A stretch of DNA of 51,203 nt, counting the filler, from Bipalium vagum (Eukaryota), in NCBI GenBank assembly GCA_037834085.1. It is 3 parts of 3 records of this genome, joined end to end, with 100 filler letters (N's around TTAATTAATTAA, not from the genome) between each part and the next. Parts side by side here need not be neighbours in the genome. Positions count along the whole stretch, not along the records: positions 34,702 to 51,203 come from JBBMKC010107862.1; 2 more parts are not named here. One strand, 5' to 3'. Under the pieces are notes generated by a model that saw only the letters and a list, made by a program, of their open reading frames with translations, had not been told where the DNA came from and searched no databases. Position numbers and translations under genes: made by a program. Below are positions 50,215-51,203 of the stretch, one piece after another; position 1 is the stretch's first letter, and each line of letters opens with the position of its first letter.

Positions 50215-51203
50215 ATTATATCAGTGTGACAGCTTGTAACTATAACGGTATCTTTAATGTAATTTAAATTATTAATTAATTTTATTTATATTAATTTTAT
50301 CGATTAGGAAATAAAGTAGATAAATAAAACTAAATTATTGCATTTATACATATGAAAAGTGAAAAATGACTGCTAGTAGTTTTTGATTATTAGTGTCTTC
50401 TATTTAAATTCGTTATTAAATTTCTTTTACTTAACGAAAGGTAATATTAGTTATATTAGGTGGATGTCCCGCACTCAAAATATATTTTTTTCTCACCCCA
50501 TAAAATCACCTTATTTTCACTTTTTAAAATTTTCTCATCCCCTAAAAAAATCTCCCTATAAAGAGAAAAAAATATTTTTCATCTAATATTTTTTTCCAAA
50601 ATTCATAAAATTTATAAATCCATAAAAACACTCCCATAATCCCTATATTTTTTATTTTTAGAGAAAAACATGCTACTGATTAAAAATCAGTAAATGATTC
50701 TAAAATAATATATTTAAAATTTATTTTTAAAAATTTATTTAAATAATTTTAAATTAATAATTAATAATTAAAATACTTAATTTTAAATTAGCCAGCGTAT
50801 TACTTAAATTTTATTTTTAGCCAAAATTTGTTTTACAGAAACTTATAAGATAGGAGTTATCAACATTATTATTAACATTATTATTAACTGTATTATTAAT
50901 GTATCTTTTTCTTTACATATTTATTATACATATGTGGAGACTCCCAGGCTCGGTCCCAAATTCAGTCTCAAATTCTCGAAAAAACAATAAATAACAATAT
51001 AGTGATCTGAAAAACATTCTAGTGTTTTTGTGTTTTTTATATAATTGTGTTTTTGTGTCGTTTACAAATATAATTTTGTTTTATGTAAAGTTAAAACCCA
51101 GAGCTTAATTAATTTTCCTTCCTATTTGTTTAAAATATAAAATAAAATATGAAATATAAAATTATAGTAAAAATAATAAAATAATATATAAAATATAAAA
51201 AAT

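Noticed and set aside
1-51203. CRISPR arrays, operons or prokaryotic defence systems
   Set aside because: No regularly spaced repeat-spacer array. The spliceosomal introns and gene content are eukaryotic.

Overview
AT-rich eukaryotic (animal) genomic DNA, not prokaryotic. It consists of three assembly pieces joined by 100-bp N gaps (16766-16865 and 34602-34701), each containing an artificial TTAATTAATTAA spacer. I manually spliced four recognisable genes: DPH5 (-), axonemal dynein intermediate chain DNAI2 (-), a compact EAPP (+, head-to-head with DNAI2) and a class I fructose-bisphosphate aldolase (-). A fifth gene is an unidentified ~489-aa ORF (+). Nearly all introns are 36-53 bp. The aldolase reads like flatworm aldolases, so the host is probably a platyhelminth or other ciliated spiralian (inference). 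The rest is a transposon graveyard: many mariner/Tc1/pogo relics, a Merlin relic, an RLE-type non-LTR relic and nested Ty3/Gypsy fragments. The four most interesting signals are: (1) a Gypsy 3' end whose integrase runs in frame into an env-like membrane protein, followed by a PPT and a 218-bp LTR; (2) a dispersed ~0.7-0.8 kb non-coding repeat family carrying a series of hairpins with compensatory base changes between copies; (3) a fragment ending at the mature 18S rRNA 3' end inserted inside a Tc1 transposase; and (4) a possible Polinton/adintovirus core-protein relic. All assignments come from reading motifs by eye; no database search was run.
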